Below are positions 28,894 through 48,530 of a stretch of DNA of 64,000 bases, piece by piece. The stretch is from Eledone cirrhosa. Lineage: Eukaryota. The stretch covers positions 57,102,001-57,166,000 of the forward strand of contig OZ024743.1 of assembly GCA_964016885.1 (NCBI GenBank), read 5' to 3'. Numbering within the stretch: the stretch's first letter is position 1; every line of letters begins with the position of its first letter. A program made the position numbers and the translations under genes. Below the pieces are notes generated by a model that searched no databases, had not been told where the DNA came from, and saw only the letters and a list, made by a program, of their open reading frames with translations.

Positions 28894-29856
28894 ATGGACT
28901 GCATGCAGGAAAAATGGGAAAAATGTGAAATCAGGAGTCAGCGAAACTGGTCGAAGATTGAACTAGCGGTTTTGATCAAGGGGTGGACTATGGCTGATGG
29001 GTCTCCACCAAGCAAAAAGATGGCGGAGAACCTGAAGAGCCATGGGTTTATGAGGACCCTGGTACAGATAGAGAGAAAGAGAAAAGAAATTGAGAAGGCG
29101 TATGTCCTCATAGCGCCTCATATGGCGATGCTAAGCCGTGTCCTCAGGGAGGAGAAAACCGAAGGGAGGGATGAGGAGAAGGAGAGGGAAAAGGAAGAGG
29201 AAAAGGAAAGGGAAAAAGAAAAGGAGGAGAGCACAAGCACGGACCTGAAAGAAAATGATATACCCTCCGCTACAGGCAGGGAGGGCAGGCCGGGCAACCA
29301 ACAAGCTAAGGGCAAAGGTGAAAAGCGAAATCACCTTCCGAAGGAGAACCAAGCGCAGAGGGACCAGTGGACAACTGTTCAAAGAAAGAACAGAAAGCAC
29401 CGAGACACTGGGAGCAAAAAACACCAAGTAATGTGCAAGTTTTTCAAGAACGGGACATGCTGGTATGGAGAGACAGGGATGGGATGCAGATTCGCCCACC
29501 CTAGGTCTCAAACGAACTATGCCCATCATACTCGCGCAACATGCCCCAGCCAAAGCCGAAATAAGCCGCTCCAGAAGTATGCTGATGTCGCGCGTGCTGC
29601 ACCAACAAGGAGAAGGCACGCACATGCCGACGAGATACAGATGGCAGCAGCAGATCAGAAAAATTTTTTAGTGATGGCCGAGAAGATTGTGGGACAGCTG
29701 ACCTGGCTGCATCGTCTCCAGAGCCAGGGTCATCCACACCAGCACTCGAGACCACCGCAGTTAAGGGACCCAGAGTGGCCGCCGCTGACACCAGACCAGG
29801 TGTCATACCGACAGCCATTACTGGCACCCCAAAAGTCACACCAGTGCTGCTGCTGA
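28894..29856 (+). CDS. LINE ORF1 (320 aa): Myb/SANT-like trihelix domain, Glu/Lys-rich linker, CCCH zinc finger
   Basis: RNWSKIELAVLIKGW...MAENLKSHGFMRTLVQIERKRKEIEKAY (28942-29103); C-x7-C-x8-C-x3-H CKFFKNGTCWYGETGMGCRFAH (29434-29499). Confidence 0.85.
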   Translation: MDCMQEKWEKCEIRSQRNWSKIELAVLIKGWTMADGSPPSKKMAENLKSHGFMRTLVQIERKRKEIEKAYVLIAPHMAMLSRVLREEKTEGRDEEKEREKEEEKEREKEKEESTSTDLKENDIPSATGREGRPGNQQAKGKGEKRNHLPKENQAQRDQWTTVQRKNRKHRDTGSKKHQVMCKFFKNGTCWYGETGMGCRFAHPRSQTNYAHHTRATCPSQSRNKPLQKYADVARAAPTRRRHAHADEIQMAAADQKNFLVMAEKIVGQLTWLHRLQSQGHPHQHSRPPQLRDPEWPPLTPDQVSYRQPLLAPQKSHQCCC

Positions 29857-32816
29857 ATGTCAGGGGCCTGGTGAAACTCAGCAACATGAGTAAAATTTCC
29901 TACCTGGGAGACTTAGCCATAAGCAATCAAGCACTATGCATGGCACTAACCGAAACGCACCTGACAAGCAGTATAGCAGATGCAGAAATACATATACCGA
30001 AATATACTGTATTTCGTTCGGACAGGAAGGAGAGAACTCATGGTGGGGTTGCTCTGTATATCCGTGAAGATGTCACACCAATTGTTCTGTTGACACATTC
30101 AAACTCAGTCTGTGACACACTGATAATACATATGAAGCAACTACAGACGGTAATATGTGTCACATATCGGCCGCCCGATGCCCCCAGTCATGAGGGTAAA
30201 TTTGAGGATAGCCTAAGTAGGATAGAAGAGGTCCTTGACAAACTGGACCAGGGTCTCAACATCCTACTGCTGGGAGACTTCAACCTACCAAAGGTCAAAT
30301 GGCCTGAGGGCCACCTCCTCCCTGGAATGACGTCAATAGAACAGAGACAGACGGAATCCCTGCTGGCCCTCACACACAGGCTGTTCATGGAGCAAGCAAT
30401 ACTCCTCCCAACAAGAGGCGAAAATGTCCTGGACCTCTGTTTTACAAACAACGAAGTGCTCATCCACAATGTAAAGGTGACACCAACAATTCTCTCGGAT
30501 CATAACTTGGTAGAGCTAATGATATGTGGTCCAAGAGAACCAACAGAGACAAAACCACCAAGAAGCTCCGGGACGCTATCCAGCCTTAACTTCTACGGGG
30601 CTGACTGGAAGAAGATTAAGAGTGAAATCCGGAAGCAAACATGGAGTGCAAACATCGCCACACAAGACACTAACACACAATTTCAACACTTCATGACAAC
30701 GATACACACCATATGCAAAAAGTGTGTCCCGGAGAAAGAGGCAAACAGACACAAAAATCTTATTCCCAGAGATAGGAAAATCCTTATGAGACGTAGAACT
30801 AAACTCTCAAACCAGTTGAATAGTCAACAAAACCAAAACAAGAAGGAATCCTATTTGAAACGTGCACTACTTGACACCGAGATTGCACTCAAGCTTTCAC
30901 ATGAGAATGAGAGGGCAAGGAAAGAGAACAGGGCCATAGAAAACATTAAAACAAACCCTAAGGCCTTCTTTAAATTTGCAAAAGAAACTGCCTCAGTACA
31001 CTGCAAGATTGGACCACTCTTCCACACGGACGGTTCATTAACCGAAAATCCCCAAGAGATATGTGAAATACTGAATGAACAGTACAAAAGTGTCTTCACA
31101 TGTCCACTGAGGCACATGCAAATAACGAAGCCAGAGGAGTTCTTTGATGCCACAACACTACATCAAGAAATGGCAACCATCAACCACATAGACATAACGG
31201 AGGAGGATGTGGTGTACGCCATTGATGAAATTAGAACAGACTCGGCTGCTGGACCTGATGGATTCCCAGCAGTTCTCCTAAAAATATGTAAGCGGGCCTT
31301 AGCAACTCCACTGAAGATGCTCTTCAGAAGCTCCTTGGCTAGCGGTGTACTACCCAGGGAGCTGAAAGAAGGCACAATATGCCCTATCCATAAAGGAGGT
31401 AGTAGAGCGGAGGCCAAGAACTATAGGCCAGTCTCCCTGACGTCGCATATCAGTAAGGTCATGGAGCGAGTCGTCAGAAAGAAACTAATCACTTTCCTCG
31501 AAGAAAATGACCGCCTGACTAGCACGCAACATGGCTTCCGCCCAGGAAGAAGCTGCCTTACACAGCTGCTACATCACTACGACTGGGTACTGAGACAGCT
31601 ACTAGACAGCTCACATGTAGACGTGATATATCTTGACTTTGCGAAGGCCTTTGACAAGGTCGACCACGGAATGATATGTCACAAACTACACGGACTCGGC
31701 ATAACTGGAAAAGTAGGTGAGTGGCTGCATGGCTTCCTGAGGGACAGAAGCCAGGCAGTCGCAGCAAATGGGGCTCTCTCGAGGGAAACACCGATAACAA
31801 GTGGGGTGCCTCAGGGGACAGTCCTGGGACCACTACTGTTTTTGGTGGCTCTCTCGGACATGCCCTCTGTGGTGCATGCAACAACATCCCTCACTAGCTA
31901 TGCTGATGACACTAAGGTAGCACAGGCAATCAAAAACCCGGCTGACACTGCCCTCTTACAGCAGGATCTGGATGCCATATACAGATGGGCGGAAGAAAAC
32001 AACATGCAGTTTAATGCTGGCAAATTCCAAGCCCTACAATACAAACCTGCAAACACAAACACAAATATAGCGGAACACAGCTACACAGGACCAGGAGGGA
32101 CCGATATCCCCGTGTCAAAATCGATACGAGACCTGGGCATAGACATGAGCGATGATGCATCTTTTTCTTCACACATCATGAAGGTGGCGACAGCATGTAG
32201 ACGATTCGCTGGCTGGATCTTGAGGACTTTCCTTACAAGAGATCGAGACACCATGTTGACACTGTGGAGGACTTTTGTCCTAAGCCGCCTGGACTACTGC
32301 TCCCAGCTGTGGTCACCCCATAGTGTCAAACTAACCACAGAGCTTGAGGCAATCCAGCGAAGCTACACCAAGAGGATTGCCAAGATGAGGGAGACAAGCT
32401 ACTGGGAGAGGCTGAAGGAACTGAACCTCTACTCCTTGGAGCGAAGACGGGAGAGATACGCAGTGATCTACATGTGGAAAATCCTGGAGGGACTAGCACC
32501 AAACTTTGGCATTGGGAGCTGGACCAACCGTCGAACAGGACGTCACTGTGTGGTGCCAAAGGTCCCGTCTTCCACATCTAGAATAAGGAGCAGGTATTGC
32601 AATAGCCTGGGATTCAAGGGCCCTCAACTCTTCAACAGGCTGCCGAGGCATCTGCGAGACTTGCATGACGTGGAGGTGGATGTCTTTAAGAAACATCTCG
32701 ACACCTTGTTATCCAGGATCCCGGATGAGCCCACAGCAAGACATGAGGGAAACCTAAGGGCAGCAGCAACAAACTCCCTCCTACACCAGTGGCCAACCTA
32801 TACAGGCTGGAGATAA
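29775..32816 (+). CDS. LINE ORF2: apurinic-like endonuclease plus reverse transcriptase (frame open from 29586; true start uncertain)
   Basis: APE motifs LNVRGL, LTETHL, GGVALY, YRPP, GDFN, LDL, SDH; RT motifs [36 protein letters not shown]; no internal stops. Confidence 0.97.
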   Translation: MAAADTRPGVIPTAITGTPKVTPVLLLNVRGLVKLSNMSKISYLGDLAISNQALCMALTETHLTSSIADAEIHIPKYTVFRSDRKERTHGGVALYIREDVTPIVLLTHSNSVCDTLIIHMKQLQTVICVTYRPPDAPSHEGKFEDSLSRIEEVLDKLDQGLNILLLGDFNLPKVKWPEGHLLPGMTSIEQRQTESLLALTHRLFMEQAILLPTRGENVLDLCFTNNEVLIHNVKVTPTILSDHNLVELMICGPREPTETKPPRSSGTLSSLNFYGADWKKIKSEIRKQTWSANIATQDTNTQFQHFMTTIHTICKKCVPEKEANRHKNLIPRDRKILMRRRTKLSNQLNSQQNQNKKESYLKRALLDTEIALKLSHENERARKENRAIENIKTNPKAFFKFAKETASVHCKIGPLFHTDGSLTENPQEICEILNEQYKSVFTCPLRHMQITKPEEFFDATTLHQEMATINHIDITEEDVVYAIDEIRTDSAAGPDGFPAVLLKICKRALATPLKMLFRSSLASGVLPRELKEGTICPIHKGGSRAEAKNYRPVSLTSHISKVMERVVRKKLITFLEENDRLTSTQHGFRPGRSCLTQLLHHYDWVLRQLLDSSHVDVIYLDFAKAFDKVDHGMICHKLHGLGITGKVGEWLHGFLRDRSQAVAANGALSRETPITSGVPQGTVLGPLLFLVALSDMPSVVHATTSLTSYADDTKVAQAIKNPADTALLQQDLDAIYRWAEENNMQFNAGKFQALQYKPANTNTNIAEHSYTGPGGTDIPVSKSIRDLGIDMSDDASFSSHIMKVATACRRFAGWILRTFLTRDRDTMLTLWRTFVLSRLDYCSQLWSPHSVKLTTELEAIQRSYTKRIAKMRETSYWERLKELNLYSLERRRERYAVIYMWKILEGLAPNFGIGSWTNRRTGRHCVVPKVPSSTSRIRSRYCNSLGFKGPQLFNRLPRHLRDLHDVEVDVFKKHLDTLLSRIPDEPTARHEGNLRAAATNSLLHQWPTYTGWR

Positions 32817-32898
32817 AGTGTGTAGCAGCAAGGGCGGTGCCCCAGCATGGCCTCAGCCGGATGGCTGAAACAGGTAAAAGAGTAAAAGAGTAAAAGAG

Positions 32899-40576
<7,678 letters not shown>

Positions 40577-41130
40577 GGTGGCTGCCAACTCGTTTTCGAG
40601 TACGGCCACTACTTTATATCCATGTAGGAGAACCCCTACCGATGTGCTGAACGAGTGTGACTTTTTAGTCCAGCCAGCGACTTGAAAAACTCTGGTACAA
40701 ACACTACACTTGTGACAATTACTGACACATAGTGCTGGGCCCATGGTACCATGTGACGACAAGTGCAGAGAGATCTCCAGATATAAAGCAATGCCTGTGC
40801 CGTGAAGCTTTTATAGTGAGGCAAAGGCACTGCACAAAGCCAGTCCCACTCTCTTAACCAAGATGATATTTACCAAAAGAAGAACAAGTCAACATCATTG
40901 GATACCATCAGGGTTGCAGGTGTTATATCAGAGTTTTCCTTCTCCTAGAATCTGCCTTGACAAAGGCTAAGGGGTCATCTCTCCCGGTGATTTTGGATGG
41001 CCATTGACTCTTAAGAGCTCCTTTGCCCTTTGACAGGTTTTGTTTTTAGTCCTGCAGGATGTCCAAAGTCACCTCCTCACCAAGAAACCTTGGTGGGGTT
41101 GCCAGTTTAGTCGCCAACGACCCGACCATA
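40577..41130 (-). mobile_element. Internally deleted RTE-like LINE derivative (5' UTR-like part joined to the 3' end)
   Basis: Minus strand gives a frameshifted C-terminal [22 protein letters not shown] zinc-finger-like end typical of RTE ORFs; CTAGGAGAAGGAAAACTCTGA resembles RTE 5' UTRs (from memory). Confidence 0.55.
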
Positions 41131-41947
<817 letters not shown>

Positions 41948-41959
41948 CTCTAACGATCG

Positions 41960-42150
41960 ACTTACGTCAAATCGGACCGACGAAACAATGTTTCCGTTGG
42001 TCTTTCCAATTGCTAATACTATCTATCGGTCGCAACTCCAGGTAGAAGGAGCAACGTGAAATAAAGCGTCTTGCTCAAGGACATAACGCATCGCCTGGTC
42101 CAGGAATCGAACTCACAACCTTACGATTGCGAATCCAATTCTCTAACCAC
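41960..42150 (-). mobile_element. SINE with family B head and an alternative tail
   Basis: Matches 5880-6080. Confidence 0.75.
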
Positions 42151-42285
42151 TTATATATATATATATATACCAGGAAAGAGTATTAAGCCAGGCGAACAGT
42201 ATATTTAAATGATCAATTCTGTTGTGTGGGACATTGAACCAGAAAAGCTGCCGTTCTTTCAATGGAATATAGATATATAAAAAGA

Positions 42286-42408
42286 AATAATTGTTTCTAC
42301 TTTAGGCACAAGGCCAGCAATTAGCCAGTGCATTACTGGTACTTTATTTTATCGACCCCGTAAGGATGAAAGGCAAAGTAAACCTCGGCGGTATTTGAAC
42401 TCAGATCA
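42286..42408 (-). mobile_element. SINE family A, 3' part
   Basis: GGCACAAGGCC...GGATGAAAGGCAAAG...TTTGAACTCAGA. Confidence 0.85.
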
Positions 42409-42964
42409 TAAAAAGAAATAATGAAATCACAAGAAATTATTCTCGGAACAAGTGGAAGCCCTTCCATGCCAGACAACTTAAGACACGAGGAAATTACTTA
42501 AAAAATGTGTGTGTGTATGTCGTCCACCCGTTTGCCAGGCAAATTGATTTTTTCTACTATATATATATATATATATATATATGCATACACATATGCACTC
42601 ACCTTACATATGCACACGCGGATACACACCCATATATACACCCCCATACACTGATGTGGGTGTACATAAAACGTTCAAACATAAACTAAGTAAGCACTCA
42701 ATATATGTGAGTCGTGTGTAAGGTTTATTATCTGCCACCTTTATCGTTTTGTATGTATGTATATACTGACAGTGCATGTGTGTGTGTGTTAGTGATGTTG
42801 CTACATGAACAATAAAGTGCGCACGGATGCAACCAACCGCACATTTTCCATAACAACACATCTATAAGATCATGTTGCTATGTAAACCTATATTACAAAC
42901 GATCGTAAACGTGCAACTGCAGTAGTATTTCAGCATAAGAAATTAATTACCGTTGACATACACA

Positions 42965-43395
42965 CATGTATGTATGTTTGTACGCGTGTACGTGTATGTA
43001 CGTGTGTGTGTGTGTGTATGTGTGTGTGTGTATGTGTGTATGTACGTGTGTGTGTACGTATGTGTGTATGCGTGTGTGTATGTGGTATGTGTACGTGTGT
43101 ATGTGTGTGTATGTACGTGTGTGTATGTATGTACGTGAGTGGACGTGTGTGTGTACGTGTGTGTGTGTATGTACGTGTGTGTGTACGTGTGTGTGTGTAT
43201 GTACGTGTGTGTGTACGTGTGTGTGTGTGTACGTGTGTGTGTGTATGTGCGTGTGTGTATGTACGTGTGTGTGTGTGTGTATGTACGCGTGTGTGTGTAC
43301 GTGTGTGTGTGTGTACGTGTGTATGTGTGTGTGTGTGTACGTGTGTGTGTGTACGTGTGTGTGTGTACGTGTGTGTGTGTGTATGTATGTATGTG
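42965..43395. repeat. (GT)n with GTAC/GTAT interruptions
   Basis: Read directly from the sequence. Confidence 0.95.
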
Positions 43396-45478
43396 AAGAA
43401 ATTTACATGTAATAATATCTAACATTAGGTTATTATTGTCAAATGAAAATTACTGAAGAAACATAACAGAGGCAAACACAAAAATTCTATGATTTAAAGC
43501 ATGTGTAGGTGAGTAGGCGTGCATGGATATGTATATGTGCATAAATGCATTTCTGCACCGATGTCGCTGCATAGAGGTGCATTACTTGAAAGCAACTTTA
43601 TTTCATCAATGTCACAATAACAACAACATAACTTTAACTTTTCTTCTCTTGAAATGTTTGTAGGTTTGATTAGATTTAGAATTAGCGAAGTAGCTTCCTT
43701 GTATTGTTAAAAAGGTCTTGCTGATATATCGCAGAATAATTGAGGTTTGACAAGAAACGCCTTATGGTTTAGGGGGTCGATGCTTATATATCACGGAAAA
43801 ATTTAGGGTTAGATAGAAAGACATTATGGCTAAATAGTTTGGGCTTACATATCACAGAATAATAGACAGGCACCATGTTTAAGGGGTATGTATGTGTGTG
43901 TTTATGTTTATATATTTTAATATAATTAAGGGTTAGCTAGACAGGCAATATGGTTTAAGGGTTTTCTTTATACACCATGGAATGATTCGGAATTAGCTAT
44001 AAAGGCATTGTGTTTATATATATGATGGATTAGAGAATTCGCTAGAAAAACATCGTTAAAGGGAATGTTTATACCCTAAAGAATATTTAAGAATTAGAGA
44101 AAAGGCATCATTATTAATGAAGTCTGTGTTTATATATCTCAGAAAAATTGAAGATTAACGAGAAAGACATCGTGGTTAGATAGAATATTTCTGACCGGGA
44201 ACTGACAAAAATATCACGAGTCAACGAGGTAGCTTCTATGCGGTCTTTCGTCCAGCTAGAAACAACGACCAAATTATCTTCTTCCCTCAAACTACACCCT
44301 AACGGCTTAAAGAAAGCAATGACTGAATAATACAAACCGAGGTACACTTCCTGAAAAATAGATGCAATTGTCATGACTGGAATGTCTTTGCGAGAGACAG
44401 CTGAGCTGTCCATAGACGTGTTTGTGTGTGTGGCTAATAAAGAAGCGTGCACAGACATTTATTAGAGGTGTTAAAATATATTTTTAACATTGTACCTCAT
44501 CATTATTATTTTTTTAATGGAGAGTTTGGGGGAGGCTAGTCGGTCCCTATTTGTATGGAAAGTTTGAAGATGCCCCTCAGTTCCTGTTTGTAGATTGGCC
44601 GTGTGTCTAAACAACAACAGGAACAATGACAGCAATTCATACACTGGGGGGAAAATATGACAAAGAATATTTTAGATAAGGCTGGATGAAATAATTGAAA
44701 TAACTCTGCCGTAATGGAACATTTAAATTATGACAAGAGGGTGGGATAGAGAGATTAGGGAATAATGAAACTAAAATTCAGATATAACAACAACAGTAGT
44801 TGGTCAGTGGTAGTAGAAGGAATAATGTCAGTGGTGTTGGCGGTGGCCAGTTTATTGAGAGGAGAAGGGGGGGGGGGGATTCACGATGACGACGATCACC
44901 AACACCACCAATTAGTTACTGACTAGTAACATGTATAGTATTATCAGTATAATCTTTCAGCCAACGTTAAACTCACACCTTTTGATACAACTAACAACTG
45001 CAACTAGGAGCTAGGCTTTCTCTCGTAGGGATAGGGGGAGGAGGAGAGGTAGAGGGGGTGGGCAGCTAACATCTTTCTTTCTTTCTGAACAGTTGAAGCC
45101 GACAGACAACCTTCTTCCTTCTTCCCTGTACTTTCTATATAGTATTACTATTACATTATTAAACATCACATCAAAACGCATTCATTTCAAGGCGCGCTCA
45201 CCGACCGTTTGGTTGCATGGTTCGTTGATGTGTGTCCCTGCCTGCTGTGTTTGTTGTTGGTTTGTGTCTGTGTGTACGTTAGGGCGCGCGCACGTGCATT
45301 TTTCAATAATAATAATAATAATAAATAAAATAAATAAATAAATCAAAACAAAAATATGTACAAATAAAATATTTTTACTTACTGCATTACTATTGAATAG
45401 TCGTCCAGCGAGTGAGAGACAGATATTGATGATATGGCTTTCTATTGAGAATATGTATATAGTTATGTATATATGTAA

Positions 45479-45509
<31 letters not shown>

Positions 45510-45519
45510 TATACTAGAA

Positions 45520-45720
45520 TCCAGTGTAAATTCTTAGCGAGCTAGCAGCAACGATTAAACAGCGACGGCGGCGTAGCAGTCATCTCTGCTAGCCTTTGCG
45601 AGATAGCACAAGTGCTACTCGCTTCGAAACTGAAAGCGAGCGCGCGCGAAGCGAACTCCCTGTAATGTCACGTGACAGAGCAAGCTCGAACATTTTCTAC
45701 GGAACGTCATATAGGCTGAA
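45520..45720. promoter_or_regulatory. CpG-rich segment with palindromic TGTCACGTGACA E-box; candidate promoter or enhancer
   Basis: Local CpG/GC enrichment in otherwise AT-rich DNA; GTCACGTGAC at 45667-45676; no match to the other repeats seen in this window. Confidence 0.35.
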
Positions 45721-45989
45721 AAAAGGAAAGAAAGAAAAAAAAAATCAATCAACGTTTCACCACCGATAACTCTAGGAATATTGTGCGCTTGCTTGCCTGC
45801 TTCTAACACAGTATCTTTGTTTTGGCTTCTGTATTATTTTTTTTTATTAACTATAAGATATATTTTTTAATTGTTGTTATTCCCCTTTCCCCCCTTCTCT
45901 CCTCTCCACCCCCACTTTCTGTTTTATAATATTTTGGTGACACTAGAGGTCTTAAGGACATTTAACTCAAATTTACAACCTTCCTTTCA

Positions 45990-46061
<72 letters not shown>

Positions 46062-46077
46062 TTATCTATCTATCTAT
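45990..46077. repeat. (TATC)n microsatellite
   Basis: Read directly from the sequence. Confidence 0.95.
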
Positions 46078-46155
46078 ATACACACATGTATATATGTACA
46101 CACACATACATATATATGTACACATATATGTATGCATATCTGTATATATATATAT

Positions 46156-46310
46156 AACAAAGGAATTTGGGTAAGGAACCAGATGGACCATAACGCACCA
46201 GAGTACTCAATACTTAGGGTAGTAGAGTGGGAAATAGGAAAAAGTATAACCCCGACGGCAGAAATAGCCGTCGAAACGGCTTGAGCTCTGCCGTCGGGGT
46301 CATACTTTTT

Positions 46311-46315
<5 letters not shown>
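46156..46315 (-). mobile_element. Second copy of the hairpin-plus-tail element, flanked by (TA)n on both sides
   Basis: Tail 46156-46233 matches 18287-18364; hairpin at 46234-46315. Confidence 0.75.
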
Positions 46316-46397
<82 letters not shown>

Positions 46398-46449
46398 TAC
46401 ATATATGTGTACATATAGATGTATGTGTGTGTATATATATGCATGTGTA

Positions 46450-46498
<49 letters not shown>

Positions 46499-46502
46499 AC
46501 AT

Positions 46503-46569
<67 letters not shown>

Positions 46570-46880
46570 CACACACATATATATATATGTATATATACAT
46601 ACACACACATATATATATATATGTATACATACACACACATATATATATATATATATGTATACATACACACACACATATATATATATGTATACATACACAC
46701 TCATATATATATATATATATATAAATACACACGCACATATATATATATGTATACATACACACTCATATATATATATATATATATAAATACACACACACAT
46801 ATATATGCATATATTTGTGTATACATTTATACATGTATACATATATATGGTTGTGTGTGTACATTTATATAAGTGTGAAC
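46316..46880. repeat. Compound TA/CA microsatellite
   Basis: Read directly from the sequence. Confidence 0.9.
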
Positions 46881-46947
46881 ACACATATACATGAAAAAAT
46901 AAGATGGGAGAACAACACAACTAAGGATAAAAACAGACAAAAATGAG

Positions 46948-47920
46948 AAGAGAGCCATGATCTAGCAAGAGGTGCGGTACCAGTAGGAAGAAGGACGGAC
47001 ATCAAGGGCTGTGGGACTAGCATCATAGCGAACCTGGACTAAATGAAACCTTCCCAAGAGGAAGATTACTTGGACAGATTGGAACCTTTCCGAATTTCCT
47101 TCCTGTTGCGATCGGTGTATGATACGCTACCGACCCCAACAGTAAGGGGTATGAGAGGCGATGAATCGTGTAAGGTCTGTGGAATAAGAGGCATAATGGC
47201 ACACATTTTATCAGGATGTAAAATAGCTTTTGCCCAAGGGAGATATATATATGGCGCGACGATGAGGTGCTGATAGCGCTTGCCAACACTCTGGACCAAG
47301 AGGGACGCAGGGAATACCAAACGCAGAGGAAACCGACACCACAATCAGGTTTCTGATAAAGGAAGAGAAGCCATCTACCACAGTTAGAATAGCATGTGGC
47401 CTACTACAAATGGTTTAATCATGGGATATGAGGGTTGATCTCAGAGGTAGGTTGTAGGTCCCTCGGGTTGTTCAAACATCCCTAAGGCCAGATGTCTGAA
47501 GGGATGAAAAGAAAATCCTGATTGAACTCACAGTCCCACGGGAAGAGGAGTACGGTAACGCCTTTGAGCGAAAGAGTGCCAAGTATGAAGAACGTGTGCA
47601 GGAGTGCAGGTAGAAAGGTTGGCAGCCATGGCTATTTCCAATCGAGGTGAACTGCAATGGATTCCCGGCTAAGTCAGTATTGAGAATACTCACTGCCATT
47701 GAAATGACAGGCTGCGGTTCGCGGGAGAGGGGGAGGGTCAGCAGAAAGAGTCTCCTGTTGGCTTTAGAGCAGGAGAGAGGAGATAAGCTGGAAGCCTGGA
47801 GGTGAAGATGGGCAGTAATTTGGCCACAACTGCTGACCTACCTGGGATGTCATCTGACGGTATCAATGAACATTTGGTACTGTCAGATGACATCAACGCG
47901 TCATGACCAAGAATATGTTC
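46948..47920 (+). pseudogene. 3' remnant of a HERO-like RLE-type non-LTR retrotransposon
   Basis: EPFRISFLLRSVYDTLP, CCHC knuckle CKVC...HILSGC, QGRY..WRDDEVL, WDMRVDL, LRPDV...ILIELTVP.EE (PD..ExK-type restriction-like endonuclease), FPIEV.C.GF; many stops and frameshifts. Confidence 0.85.
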
Positions 47921-47978
47921 ACCAAAGGTGAATGAATGCGAGGCATATTATCATGTGTGTAAAATCCCGACTGCAGCC

Positions 47979-48077
<99 letters not shown>

Positions 48078-48235
48078 CATATATAGGAAAAGAGTCAGGA
48101 CCCCGATGGCTGAGCTCCGGCCGTTTCGACAGCTAGATCCGAACAAAGCCACCATGCATCCCATGGGTTTTGCATCTATCACTAACTGGCCATGGGCTAG
48201 GTATCTTGTGAAAGGCTAGCAGTCACCATTGTGAA

Positions 48236-48530
48236 AGCGCGTGGCTTTGTGGTTAGGGTATTTGGCTCATGATCTTAAGGTCGTGAGTTGGATTCCCGAC
48301 ACTTTATTTCACGTTGTTCCAGTCATCTCAGCTGGCAAAAATGAGTTGTACCTGTAATTCGAAAGGCCAGCCTTGTCACATTCTGTGCCACGCTGAATCA
48401 CTCTGAGAACTACGTTAAGAGTACGTGTGTCTGTGAAATGCTCAGCCACTTGCACGTTAATTTCACGTGTATGCTGTTCTATTGATCGTATCATCTGGAA
48501 CACTCGTCGTCGTAACCGACGGAGTGCCAG
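48236..48530 (+). mobile_element. SINE family B copy (core partly deleted)
   Basis: GCGCGTGGCTTTGTGGTTAGGG head through to the tail ACCGACGGAGTGCC. Confidence 0.85.

Larger units (their letters stand above)
28309..32898 (+). mobile_element. Apparently full-length LINE (APE-type, CR1/L2 group) inserted in a (TA)n/CA array; 5' boundary uncertain
   Basis: Two uninterrupted ORFs, a CT-rich leader, a short 3' UTR with a stem-loop and a (GTAAAAGA)3 tail running into (TA)n. Confidence 0.92.

Noticed and set aside
29854-29859. TGAATG stop-start coupling for ORF2
   Set aside because: The ATG at 29857 is in the ORF1 frame, not the ORF2 frame
29118-32696. Antisense ORFs within the LINE
   Set aside because: Short, no motifs, expected by chance opposite a GC-richer coding strand
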